NCBI GenBank assembly: GCA_002189035.1
Contig: NEEC01000002.1
Coordinates: 1,984,001-2,048,000 of the forward strand
Direction: 5' to 3'
Origin: Utricularia gibba
Taxonomy: Eukaryota > Plantae > Magnoliophyta
DNA length: 64,000 nt
Program-made: the position numbers and the translations under genes
The notes under the pieces: model-generated
Seen by the model: the letters and a program-made list of their open reading frames with translations, nothing else
Database searches by the model: none
What the model was told of the DNA's origin: nothing
Shown: positions 53,172-64,000 of the stretch, one piece after another
Numbering within the stretch: position 1 is the first letter of the stretch
How the letters are laid out: the number at the start of each line of letters is the position of its first letter

Positions 53172-55438
53172 TCAAATCTCCGGCTGCATCTTCTCACATT
53201 CTTCTCTTATGGACTGGAAGAGCACTGTGGATAGGTATCTTTCTCCGAAGCTGGGGAACACAACCTACAACCAAACTTTTGTTGAAACTCCTTCCCAGAG
53301 GAACCAACACACGAAGCCAGAGGGAGAGGGTGCGAGAGAGCATGTACCGTGATAAGTTTTCCAGCATTTTCAGGCCTCTTTCCGACTTGAATTGCAGCTG
53401 CAGCCGCTGCTCCCGAGGAGATTCCCACCTAGTTAGTGAGGAGATGGGAGATTCAGTTTGATTCAAGGAGATAAATTTATGTAAACATTTGTAGTGCATC
53501 AATTTGCTGCGTTGTAAGCCACAGTATACGGCGCTAACCAGAAGGCCCTCTTGAAGAGCTAATTCTTTTGCGGTTGCCACAGCCTCATCACTTGATATCT
53601 GATCATTAATCGGGAGGGAGCCAAATGGGTGGATACAAGATGGTGCAGAGAAGTGTATCTATCATCCGCAAACATGATCACTGACTGACCTGTATGACTT
53701 CATCCATCACGTCTTGGTCTAAATTCTTCGGAATAAAACCTGCTCCAATTCCTTGAATTTTGTGAGGTCCTGCAGTTTCGAAATGCAGGTACTAGAAAAA
53801 AACAAGTCTAGCACTGAAACAGAGCAGGATATTCTGGGCAATTCCTCACCTGGTTTTCCACCAGACAGTACATTACTTTCCGTAGGCTCAACACCAATGA
53901 TCTGGTACATGAGAAATGATTATTTTAGCATTCAGCAGAAAAAAACATGAATCCGGAAACTTGCCGAAATAAGATATAATATACACCATTAACCTGTTGT
54001 AATGTACTCCACTGTCTAACAGATACTTCTATTTTATGCATGAACAGGGAGAAAATTTTTATAAATTTGTAATGAATTCCAGAAGCACTACCTTAACATC
54101 TGGATTGCGATGCTTAAGATAGCGACCAACACCGGAAATGGTTCCACCGGTTCCAATCCCAGCAACAAGTATGTCCACTTTGCCTTTTGTATCCTCCCAA
54201 ATCTCAGGTCCAGTTGTTTCATAGTGAATCTAAGCGGAGTCAAGAATATTAGCATACAATTATAAGGTTAAAACACTGAACCCTTTAGCAGAAAAACCAG
54301 TAAGAGTCTGATTCTCAAATTTAGTATGAAACTTATTACTACTTTGAATTTGAACCCTTTACCCTAGGATAGGACGTGATACCAGGAAAAAAGCATGCAG
54401 GTTCAAAGTAAAATGACTAACGATGCACTCAGCTGACGGTGAAAATTCATAACTTTTAAAGGTAGTTCATGATCTTATCACAGATGAAAAATAAATGTTA
54501 AAAACGGGGAGAAATACTCGGACCTTGGGATTTGCTGGGTTGTCGAATTGTTGAAGCATGTACGAATCTGGAGTTTTCTTCAATATTTCTTCAGCTTTCT
54601 GGACAGCACCCTTCATGCCTTTGGCTGGATCCGTTAGAACTAATTCAGCCCCAAATGCTTTCAAGAGAACCCTTCTCTCGAGACTCATGGAAGCAGGCAT
54701 GGTCAGGATGAGCTTATACCCTTTTGAAGCTGCTATAAATGCTAGACCGATTCCAGTATTCCCACTGGTTGGTTCAACAAGAGTACTCTGCCACGAGAAA
54801 TCATGTTTCAGAAAATAAGAAACAGCACAAAAATAGAACTCCGAATGTACCGCACCTTTCCGGGAGTTATATGCCCCTTTTCCTCAGCATCAGCTATCAT
54901 ACTGAATCCTATCCTGGAGCGAACATGTCATTGTAGACGAGCTGTTGAAGAAAAATAGCTCAAACATAAGGCTTTTGTTCTTACCTATCCTTGACACTGC
55001 AGCATGGCTCCATAATCTCAAGCTTGGCAGCTATGTTCGCAACGCAACCCTTCACAATACTATTCAAGAATACCATAGGTGTCCTCCCAATCAGCTGTTG
55101 CAGTTAAAACACCGATAAGCATGAACCCCACGAATAGATAGATATAAAGTTCCACCGAAATCAGCAATATCAACCCATCTCACCTGCGTAACATCCTCAG
55201 CGATATTGAGACCCTCGATCCCCGCCTCCGCCTCCAAAGATAAGGCTTTTCTCACAACTCCATAATCATCACGGCTACTCCTACAACAAACACCACTTCT
55301 CGAAAATCTAGCACCGTTCCCCGGATTCCTCCTCGTCAAAGTACGCCAGCCGCCGACGTGAAATAACTCAGGTAAGTGACGGCCGGAGTTATAGGCGACG
55401 CATGGACCAGTCAACGGCTTATTCACCAGCGACGGCAT
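53172..55438 (-). CDS. OASTL: Cysteine synthase / O-acetylserine(thiol)lyase, organellar (transit peptide)
   Basis: A transit peptide precedes LNIAEDVTQ|[15 protein letters not shown] (PLP lysine), [25 protein letters not shown] and [10 protein letters not shown]. Ten exons were traced in frame. Confidence 0.96.
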
Positions 55439-55582
55439 GGCGAAGCCCTACACCGCTGACCGCAAAACCCCAACCGTAACTGCAAGTCCCCTTCCCGATT
55501 ATTTATCCCTTCTTCGCCTCGGAAATCACTCTCATTTTACAGGGTGCACACTTCGCTCCAAAGGATAATTCGCTTCTTTAGA

Positions 55583-55609
55583 TGGGCCTTCGTGTGTAAC
55601 TGATGGGCC
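55583..55609. promoter_or_regulatory. Two site II (TGGGCC) motifs in the OASTL promoter
   Basis: gatgggcct occurs twice, about 150 bp upstream of the ATG. Confidence 0.5.
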
Positions 55610-55930
55610 TCCTCGAGCCCCAAAGAAGAAATAAAAATTGAAAATTCCAAATAATCGTTAAAAAAATTAAAAAAATAATTTGATGATAACAAATAAGAAT
55701 CCCATAAATTCCAAATTACAGATGGAAATTTGAAGATTGAACTTAAGTCCTGTGCAGCGTTGCCGCCTGTAAGAACTCAGTCAGGCATAAGCAAGAGGAT
55801 GAATACCAAACTTCAGCAAATAACAAGTGTCTTACAATGACCACAAACGCATCTAGCAACATAAAATCGAGTATCTTTCTCGAATATTTGGCGAAGAGGA
55901 AGCAAAATCATACAGGATGAACATTACAGA

Positions 55931-57685
55931 TCAGCTTTTTAGGTTCCCAAAGAACCGAGAAAGGGGCAAGGGTCCATCAGCATCTTCATTTTCACTGGTA
56001 GAATGTTTGGAGGATGCTGCACGGTGCTTTTTGTCTTTCTTCCTGCTCTTGGATCTCGACTTGGACTTTTTTGACTCCCTGTTGTCATCATCGCTGGTTG
56101 ATGATTCTGATGATGAGCTGTAGCTCAAATCTGATGATCGCCTAGAACGCTAAAATGAAGCATAGAAATGTTTAGAGTAGAAATCCAGAGGGAAAACAAC
56201 CAGAAGCATCCACCATGAATTGACGGATGGATGCACAAATATGTAAACAGAGAAGGGATGATCCACCTTTCGCTTCTTGCTGCTATGCTTCGAGTCCTTC
56301 TCTTTTTTGTCTGTAAGAATGTGAAAGTTAGCAGAAAATGGAAAAAAGGCATAATGCACACACCAGCTTTTATCAGATCATTACCTTTTTTCCGGATGGA
56401 TTTGCTACTTGAGTGGTTCTTTCCATGGGCAAGTTTATGGGCCCGCTCAGCATCTAGCTGAGCTCTATATTCTCTCATCATGCGATCTTTATCTGCTTCC
56501 AACTCTCCCTTTCTCATTTCTTCATCCTAACAATGACATAATCAGTTCCAAGACAACCAAGCTCAAAACATGTCGCATACAATAGCTAAAGACGTATTAT
56601 GAAGGGCGAATGCAGGAAAAAAAGGACAGTTGAAGTGGGATAGACTGATTATAAGGAAGCTATCTACCTCATCAAGATATAATGTTCGAAACCAGAATAC
56701 AAATATCCACAGACATTCGAAATGAACTCAAAACGAAAAAAAAAAAAAAAAATCACCAAATGATAGAAGGCACATAGACAACCCTTCAGGAAGAATCAAG
56801 AAGAAATTGTAATTTTTTAGTGTATAAAAAGAAGTTGGAGACGCTCAATAAGATCAAATGTCCCTGAAAAGTATGCTATTCGCAAAAATAACCTTTTGTT
56901 TCTTTTTGAACTCCTCCCATGTAATTGTATGAGATGTCTTAAGACTTGCCAAACGAGCAGCATGCCATTCTGGTGTATGAAATGAGCCATCCACCTGCGA
57001 CAGTCGTCAGAAGAAGCCACGCAGAGATATATACTTCACGAAATTAAGTTTTTCACAGCAACAAAGTTAATCAAAGTCCTCTGCAATTTATAATACTGAA
57101 CATGCAACCAAAACCAAATTTTCCAATTTAAAGTTCCTTATAATCAAGAGAATTTCACAAATTCTTTTCCATTAGAAAAATTTTCTACAAGGAATTTTTA
57201 GATACAACAAGTTGCATGTTGTGAACAGATTCTACTACGAAAGAGGAAATACACATCATCGCAATCAAACCTACTTTTAAAGGCTCAGATCTCTATTCCA
57301 CAGTCTAATTTTCAAAAAAACACAAAGGCACCCAGTTACAAAAAATAATAGATGTGGCTCCTATTCTCTGGCCATTGAAAATAAAACAAAAAACCAACAA
57401 AAATTTATATATTGAATCAAAAAGCCAACACATCCACTACATAAAGTTTTGCAAGGCGTAGATATCTCATCGCTAGAACGAAAAGCTTGATTCTGCAAGA
57501 AAAATACAAAATATTTTCCATTGCTCGTCCCGACATGCTACGCAGACGAACACCAAACTCCAAAGTAAACGAAAGTAGGTACAAAAAAATGCACAAACCA
57601 TGCCATCCTCAACTTCTTCAGGTCCGGCAGAACTAGAGCCCAGCCGCGCTCTCTGCATCGCCTTGTACGCCTGATTCTTCCCCAT
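55931..57685 (-). CDS. Conserved uncharacterised Lys/Ser/Arg-rich protein, five coding exons
   Basis: The exons splice in frame to MGKNQAYKAMQRARLGSSSAGPEEVEDGM|VDGSFHTPEWHAARLASLKTSHTITWEEFKKKQK|DEEMRKGELEADKDRMMREYRAQLDAER...GPLPLSRFFGNLKS*. I recall this as a conserved plant family of unknown function. Confidence 0.88.
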
Positions 57686-57801
57686 CCTCAACTTAACACA
57701 CGCTCAATCGAATTCCAGGGAAGCATAGAGGTAGACAAAGGGGGAAATGAAGGGCAGAAAAACAACAGCAATGGAGATTGTGTATTTGCAGAAGGAATCT
57801 T

Positions 57802-57860
57802 TGGGCCTCGGCCTGGGCCTGTGCATTTGTAAGTTCACACTGTCCAAATACTAATGGGCT
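57802..57860. promoter_or_regulatory. Cluster of three site II motifs (TGGGCY) upstream of the uncharacterised gene
   Basis: TGGGCC at 57802 and 57814, and TGGGCT at 57855. Confidence 0.55.
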
Positions 57861-58158
57861 TTCAATACAATAATTTAAAATATAAAATTATATTTGTGTA
57901 TATTTATATTAGATAATATTTTGAATTTGGACATGAAAATTAATATTCATTTTGAAGTTTTAATTAAATAAAAATGGAAATTTTAATATATCATTTGATT
58001 TGAATTTGAATTTCGTCTTCTTCATTACACGCACTAAATCCATGGGCACAGCAGCGCAGTACTGGTGACTTCTCTTGCTACCAATGTTGTGACGGCGTAC
58101 ATGGGCAACGATCGTTTTCCAGCCAGAGAAGACAACAGCACAGAGGGAAGCTTGTGAA

Positions 58159-59749
58159 TCAGAGATGGAGCTCAGAGGAGAGTAGCAGCCCATGTCCAAT
58201 CTTCGCTGCCTCAACTCTTCTGATCAGCAGTCTCCATTTGGTTTCCTCTTTCTTGCTCTGCTGCGGCCTTTTCTCCTTGAAATACCTGCATTCAATCACC
58301 GCGTCACTGAATCAGCACAAAAGAAACTCCCATGAAGCTTCACTGCCGGAATGAGTAAGCAGCACAAACATCAGAATGTGGAGAAGACAGAGTTGGGGTT
58401 AGTGTAATGATCATTCCTACTCCTCCAACTTGTTAGGATATTGCTTATTTGTAATGATCGTGCACTTACTGACAAAGAGGAACTTTGCAGCCGTCGGGCT
58501 CGTTGCACATCCGTGAATGTAGCTCGAGGAGCTGCCACATTCGCTTGCAATGGATGCATCCGCCGGGGGCTCTCTTCTTGCAATCATAGAAATGGCGGAT
58601 CAGAGTCTCTAGCCCCTTGCAAGCGGGGAAGTTGCAGGGGATCGGACTGGGCTTCAGAGCTTTGTCGCGAGGGCCTATCGTTCGGCATCCGTCGTGGCAG
58701 ATGTGACGCAGCGCTTCCATAGCTTGGTAGAGTTGGGTATACACTCTACTCTCCTCACTCCTTTTCCTCCTCTGCTGCTTCCTCTGTACAAGTATCAGAC
58801 TGTGTAAATCATTTTGCTGTAGTTTTAGGCACTTTTAGTCGATGGAACTCACTGAATCTGCTTCAACGATGAATCTTAGAAGCTCCTGCTCGATCTCAGG
58901 ATTCGAATGGCGCATGGCTTTCCATGCTTCGGAGGCAGAGAAGCTCTTGGGATCCTTGGAAATCATGCGTTGGCAAAGGAGAGCGAGTCGAGGGGCATCG
59001 CAGAGACGAGAGAGCTGCAGCACATCAACTACGTTTGCTTTCGTCAGTAAGCCCTTTTCTAGATTTTGCTCGCAGACTTTCTTCAGAGCTGGAACTGCGT
59101 AGACATGGGACAGAACCAGCAAATGCAGAACAAACTCCTCCATTTCTGATTCTTCATACCTGCAGCACAAGTGGGAATCAATTAAGATCGGTTGGATCCA
59201 ACCAACGAGGCGCAGAAGTACTAACTGGATTTATCAGGTTCCTCAAGGACGACGAATCGGTGAAGGATTTACCGAGACGAGTACAAGAATCGGATGAAGA
59301 TGCGAACAGCCTCGGATGGCATTCCCCGAATCCTCCAGTACCGTACACCATCCTTAACCTTTGATCTGTTCAGTATGCTCTCAATCACAAGTGAAGCCTT
59401 GCTCTGCACCAGCCAACCCCAGCTTTGATCATCACAAAAGCAAAAGCAGCAACCAAAAGACCAAAAGGAGAAAGAAAACACAGCTTTCTTTGAACCCAAA
59501 ACTCTTTGACATGCATCTAAAGAAGAGTGTTCGGCGCACCAGAATAAAGTGATGGGCACGAGAGACGATGGCTCCTTCATCACCAGCAACAACACAAACA
59601 TCAGCTCCACGTCCTTCCCAAAACACCTCATCCCACATGTGGTCCTGTCCTCTGGGAACACACGGAATTCGTCGTCTTGCAGCACCAGTCGGAGGAAATG
59701 GAGGCGGTTTCGGAATCCCCGAACCCGCCGCTGTGGTTTCTTGAACCAT
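58159..59749 (-). CDS. BTB/POZ and TAZ domain-containing protein (BT3-like)
   Basis: Shows a BTB domain ([38 protein letters not shown]), a BACK-like segment ([16 protein letters not shown]) and a TAZ zinc finger ([37 protein letters not shown]). There are five exons. Confidence 0.93.
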
Positions 59750-61212
59750 GTTGCACGCAAAGAAGAAGCACAACACAGACTCTGCTCTTTAATTGATGGT
59801 CTCCGCCCTCAGGGCAAGACACCGGAGTAAACTAAACTTGAGGGGAAGCTAAAGAATACTTTGGTTTGACGTGGAAGAGATCGAATCGTGAGTGTCTCCT
59901 CACCAACTGGACGATACCCAGAAAAGAGATGTTTGCGAAGACGAAGAGAAATACCGATTACTAGGATTTAGTGGAGAGATCGACATCACATGATGCAGGA
60001 CGGCCCGGTTTTTGCTGTCTGGACGGCTAAAAGCGTGGGGGCCACATTGCTTTTTCCAGGTATGGCATGAATTTATCCACATTTTTCCCTTACTAGCAAA
60101 ATCGGGTTTGTTTTTTTTAATTGACGACACCAATAATTAGGCAATAAAAAATAAAAAAATATTTTTTAAAAAATATTAACATTAATTACACAATTAATAA
60201 CGGTTGTGTGTGCGTTATTTTTCAATAAAAACGTAATTAGAATAAATTAAACCAGATTATCAAACACAAATTAATAATAAATTAGAGGTATTACTGACGT
60301 TAACGTAATGGGTAAAATAGTGGTCTAACAACCGACCATTACATGGTAATCTTACACCCGCACATCATTTTGTCGGCAAGTTGCATGGTTTTTTAGGGTT
60401 TTAGTAGCCGCACATTGTTATTCGGAAAAACAACGTCGTTATAGCAAAGAAGTGTGACTCCAATTTTTTTGAAAATTTCATTTAAAAAATACAATCCTAG
60501 TTATGTTCTTAAAAAAAAAAGTGATCACGACGAAAATTTCTAAATCCAAAATATTCCATATTATAACGAATTACTTTAACTAGTAAAAAAAAAAACAAGC
60601 TTGGCTTCAAATGACATGTATACCCATAATTTAATATTATATTCTTATATTATAAAGAACATAAAGCGACATAATTATTATATTCTTAGTAAATATTAGA
60701 GAGAGAGAATGGCAATAGATAAAAATTATTATCATGTGAGTGAGATATTTTTTATTCAAATTATATAAAATAAAACCAATTTATTTTTTATAAATAATTT
60801 CAATTTAAAGATTGTAAATCGTATTGTAGTGTAATATAAAATTATATTATAGATTTTAATATATTAAATTATATATTGTAAACTATTAATAAATTAAATT
60901 ATTTTATAATTTAATATGACAATATAAATATATTTTTAAATATAAAAAAAATAAAATATTATAATTTCCTAATTAATCTATTATATAATCACTAAAAATA
61001 AAAATTCAATAGCTTATAAGTTTAATCATATAATTTGAATTTTTAATTTTCTCACAAAACAATATAAAATTAGAATGGACTTAAATAGAAATATCTTGGG
61101 AGTAGTACACTGATAGATATTTATTTGTTCATTGTCAATCAAATACAAAAGGGTGACAAAGTGTCAACGTCCATGTGGAGGAAATAAATCGTCTTTCATC
61201 ACATTTGCACAA

Positions 61213-61240
61213 TATTATTATTATTATTATTATTATTATT
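61213..61240. repeat. (TTA)n microsatellite
   Basis: About 9 units read directly. Confidence 0.9.
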
Positions 61241-62403
61241 TATGGCACGAGGTTTACACCATTTTTGTAATTTTTCATGATGTTTTATTTAATTATACTT
61301 TAAAGTTTTTTTTTTCTCTCGTGTGTTTTAAAGTTAATTTTATGATAATATTAATTCTTGATTTTTTTTATCCGAATAACAAAAAGCTTCTACTTTTTTG
61401 GATTTTTACAAATCCTCAAGCGATTTGTTAATAATCGAAATTCGGTTTTCTCGTTTTTTGAATAATCGTCTCTTATATTGCTATTGATTTCAATGAATAA
61501 AAATTGGCCTTTGGATTAGAAAACAAAAGCCTGGTTTCATAGAATATTTTAATTTGCTCGGAATTAAATATGTATGAGATTAATTTACATAAAAATAAAT
61601 TACTTAAAAATATAAATTTATTTTGTAGAAATTGTTATTTAAATAAGAATTATTTATCACGTGTTTCATATAAAAGTTTTATAATTCTATTCATATATAA
61701 TATTACTAAATGTTCATAAATATAAATAGATGCGTCTTTGTTTCAATTGTTCTAAAAATTGTGATTCAATTAAACTTGAACCGGTTTAACTTAATCAAAA
61801 CGATTAAATTAAATTCGACTTATTTACAAAAATGAATTACAATCTAATCACGATTTAATGGCGATTCAATTATAATTTAATCGCTTTTTGTTAGAAAATA
61901 TTAAAAAAATTAAAAAATAAAGAGTTTATTTGTAATTTTTATCTCTGTTTAAACTTTCATTTTACAAACCATTTGTCCTAATGGTTCATCATTCTTTTAT
62001 GATTTTAAAACACTAATTTAAACATAAAATATTAGATAATAAAATTAGTTAGACATATATTAATTATAACAATACACAATTAATATATAATCATTAACAT
62101 CCTTTAAAAAGTATGCTTTTCAGAACTCCACTTTTCACTCACTGTTTCTTCTGGTACTGTGGCAGATTGAGTTGTTTGGTGTTGTTTTATTAAAGACGAA
62201 GGAAGGAGAAGGGCACACAAAGGAGGCAGCAGCACTCTACATTTACAAGAAACCCCAGAGGCATCTCTGCCAGATGCGAATTGCTTTCACCACAATCAAA
62301 GTCAACACAGACGAGCACCAGAACGAACAACAGCTGAGCTGAATCCCATCACGTTTCTGCTCTCTGTCACAAGATTCTTCTCCGTTCTCCCCATACAGGG
62401 ACA

Positions 62404-63220
62404 CTAACGGCCGGAAGTCGAAGGTGGCATGAGCTTCAGCTCTAGAAGATCAGCATCCTGTTCTTCCTTCTCCTTCCATTCTGCGTGAATCCTCTTTCTG
62501 GAAGACAATGCTGCTCCGAAGAGTTGAGTCCGGCGGAAATCTGGGTCGCCGGGTGCGTCCAATCCGATGACCCGATTCATCTGGACGGAGCTTCTGGGAC
62601 TTGGTTTCTCGTGGTTGGGGAAAAGGTGTAGGATCTCGTTGTAGAGTTGCTTCATGTGGGCCAGCTCGTAGAGGAGGATGCTGTTGTTTCTTCTCAGGCG
62701 TTGGTTGTCTTCCAGGAGAGCGGCGAAGGACTCGTCTGTCATCGGGAGGGAGACGCTGCCGGCCCACGGCGAATCCCAGCTTACCACCCTCGGATGCTCG
62801 TCGCAGTAAAATGGCACCGGAGACACCGCGGTCCTCCTCCGGTGGATCTCCACCAGCAGATGCTTGCACCCTTTTCTGAACAGCTCGTTCCCGAACTCCC
62901 ACCGATCGGGAACCATCTTTTTAAAACCCTATTTGCAGAGCAAGAAGAAGTAATTAGGATAATTACTCCAGTTTTTAGAATGATACAAAACTCACGTAGG
63001 TGTTCAGCTGACGGACGAAGCTGGAGAAGTTACTGTGCTTGAAGTAGTTGGGGAGGAGATCGCGAGCAAACTCCGGGGGCTTCCAGACGACGAAGGTAGC
63101 ACCAGTTCCGCCCCAAGAGACAATGTGATCGGTTGCCGGGTCGTCCACAAGCTGATACGTCTTCATCAGAAACGGCCCCGGAACAGATCTCTGGGACTCC
63201 AAAATCAAGTCCGTCCCCAT
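62404..63220 (-). CDS. HSFB4: Heat stress transcription factor class B4 (SCHIZORIZA-like); exons 62996-63220 and 62404-62928
   Basis: The DBD reads [21 protein letters not shown]...[11 protein letters not shown]|GFKK, with the conserved DBD intron. A B4-type HR-A/B ([29 protein letters not shown]), an LFG motif and a RKR NLS follow. Confidence 0.93.
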
Positions 63221-63367
63221 TTCCACCAAGAGGGAAGCAGAGACAGAGACTCCCACCAGAGCTGCCCAGCTGGTTTGAGTAGAGAGTGTGACTGAACCAG
63301 AAGCAGAATAAGAAGAAGAAGAAGAAGAAGATGGGGATTAGAATCTTCCACTGTCAACTTCTGTCCT

Positions 63368-63523
63368 CTACCACTGGCTCAGCTCAGCTGTGGGATTAGA
63401 TTGGAATATTTGTTCCTGTCCGCAATGTCCGTGTGAGCTAAATTCTCTCCTGGAAAATGAAGGGTGTCTCATGGCGTACCCGTGAGCCATGACCATTCCC
63501 ACACATCCTCCTCCTCTCTCCAT
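63368..63523 (-). CDS. Candidate upstream ORF, 51 aa, in the HSFB4 leader
   Basis: ATG in strong context (gaaATGG), reading MERGGGCVGMVMAHGYAMRHPSFSRREFSSHGHCGQEQIFQSNPTAELSQW*, ending 147 nt before the main ATG. Whether it is transcribed is not known. Confidence 0.4.
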   Translation of the reverse strand: MERGGGCVGMVMAHGYAMRHPSFSRREFSSHGHCGQEQIFQSNPTAELSQW

Positions 63524-64000
63524 TTCATCAATGGCGGATGCGAATTAAACTTTCGAAAGCAATGCGTTTAGAGCATTCCGCCATTGCTTGTTAAGTTTAT
63601 TAGCAGCGACAGACACAGACATTCATCTGTTTGGGGTTGGAGAACGTGAAGGGGGCTTTAAAGCCTGTGGAGTGAAGTCACGGCGGTGTCTTCTTCTTCT
63701 TCTTCTTGATATTCTCGCAGGCCTGTGAATGCCTCCAAACTTCTCCCCCATTATTTTTTTAATTTTTTACACCATGAGAAGGATAATAATATCAGAAAAT
63801 AATATATGTAAAATAAATCCCCATAATTCGAGAATATATGTTTTTTTAATTTATGAAAATTTTTGCGGTTACATAAAGTAAGGAAATGTAATTTTAATGA
63901 GCCTTCCCTTCATGATATTAAATAAAATCATCTCAATTTTCAGATTTATTTAAATTGATATATTAAAAATAACATAATTTATAATTCTTATATTAAATCA

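Noticed and set aside
59900-59995. ATG-TGA minimal ORF and a 28-aa ORF upstream of the BT gene
   Set aside because: They probably lie upstream of the TSS, and no sequence feature supports translation.
357-63295. Most short ORFs in the six-frame track
   Set aside because: They are antisense or out-of-frame shadows of real exons, or intron read-throughs, with no independent coding signal.
1-64000. A functional gene cluster or operon-like system
   Set aside because: The neighbouring genes have unrelated functions, as is normal for plant euchromatin. No tandem family or biosynthetic cluster is present.

Overview
Gene-dense flowering-plant nuclear DNA: 18 spliced or intronless protein-coding genes in 64 kb, with short introns and very AT-rich spacers. 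There is no intact transposon, and I saw no rRNA, tRNA or CRISPR. Gene order: mitochondrial ATP synthase OSCP (-, partial), LSM7 (-), nsLTP-like (-), AHL (+), 14-3-3 (+), prolyl 4-hydroxylase (+), epsin/ENTH (+), SLC35F-like transporter (+), PUX11-like UBX protein (+), PTI1-like kinase (+), SMARCAL1/CHR18-like helicase (+), TAF6 (+), UBP23-like protease (+), chitinase-like CTL (+), organellar cysteine synthase (-), a conserved uncharacterised Lys/Ser-rich protein (-), a BTB-TAZ protein (-) and a class B4 HSF (-). Products were assigned by remembered family motifs and hand-spliced exon chains, not by database search. The most interesting observations are: (1) a chain of three upstream ORFs interleaved with hairpins in front of HSFB4; (2) a U12-type intron in PUX11; (3) short local duplications that remodel splice signals, including a duplicated 3' splice site in SMARCAL1 that would give an immediate stop codon and an exon copy inside an SLC35F intron; (4) three single-base deletions in G/C homopolymers (LSM7, P4H, epsin), most likely assembly errors. 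I found no clearly novel multi-gene system.
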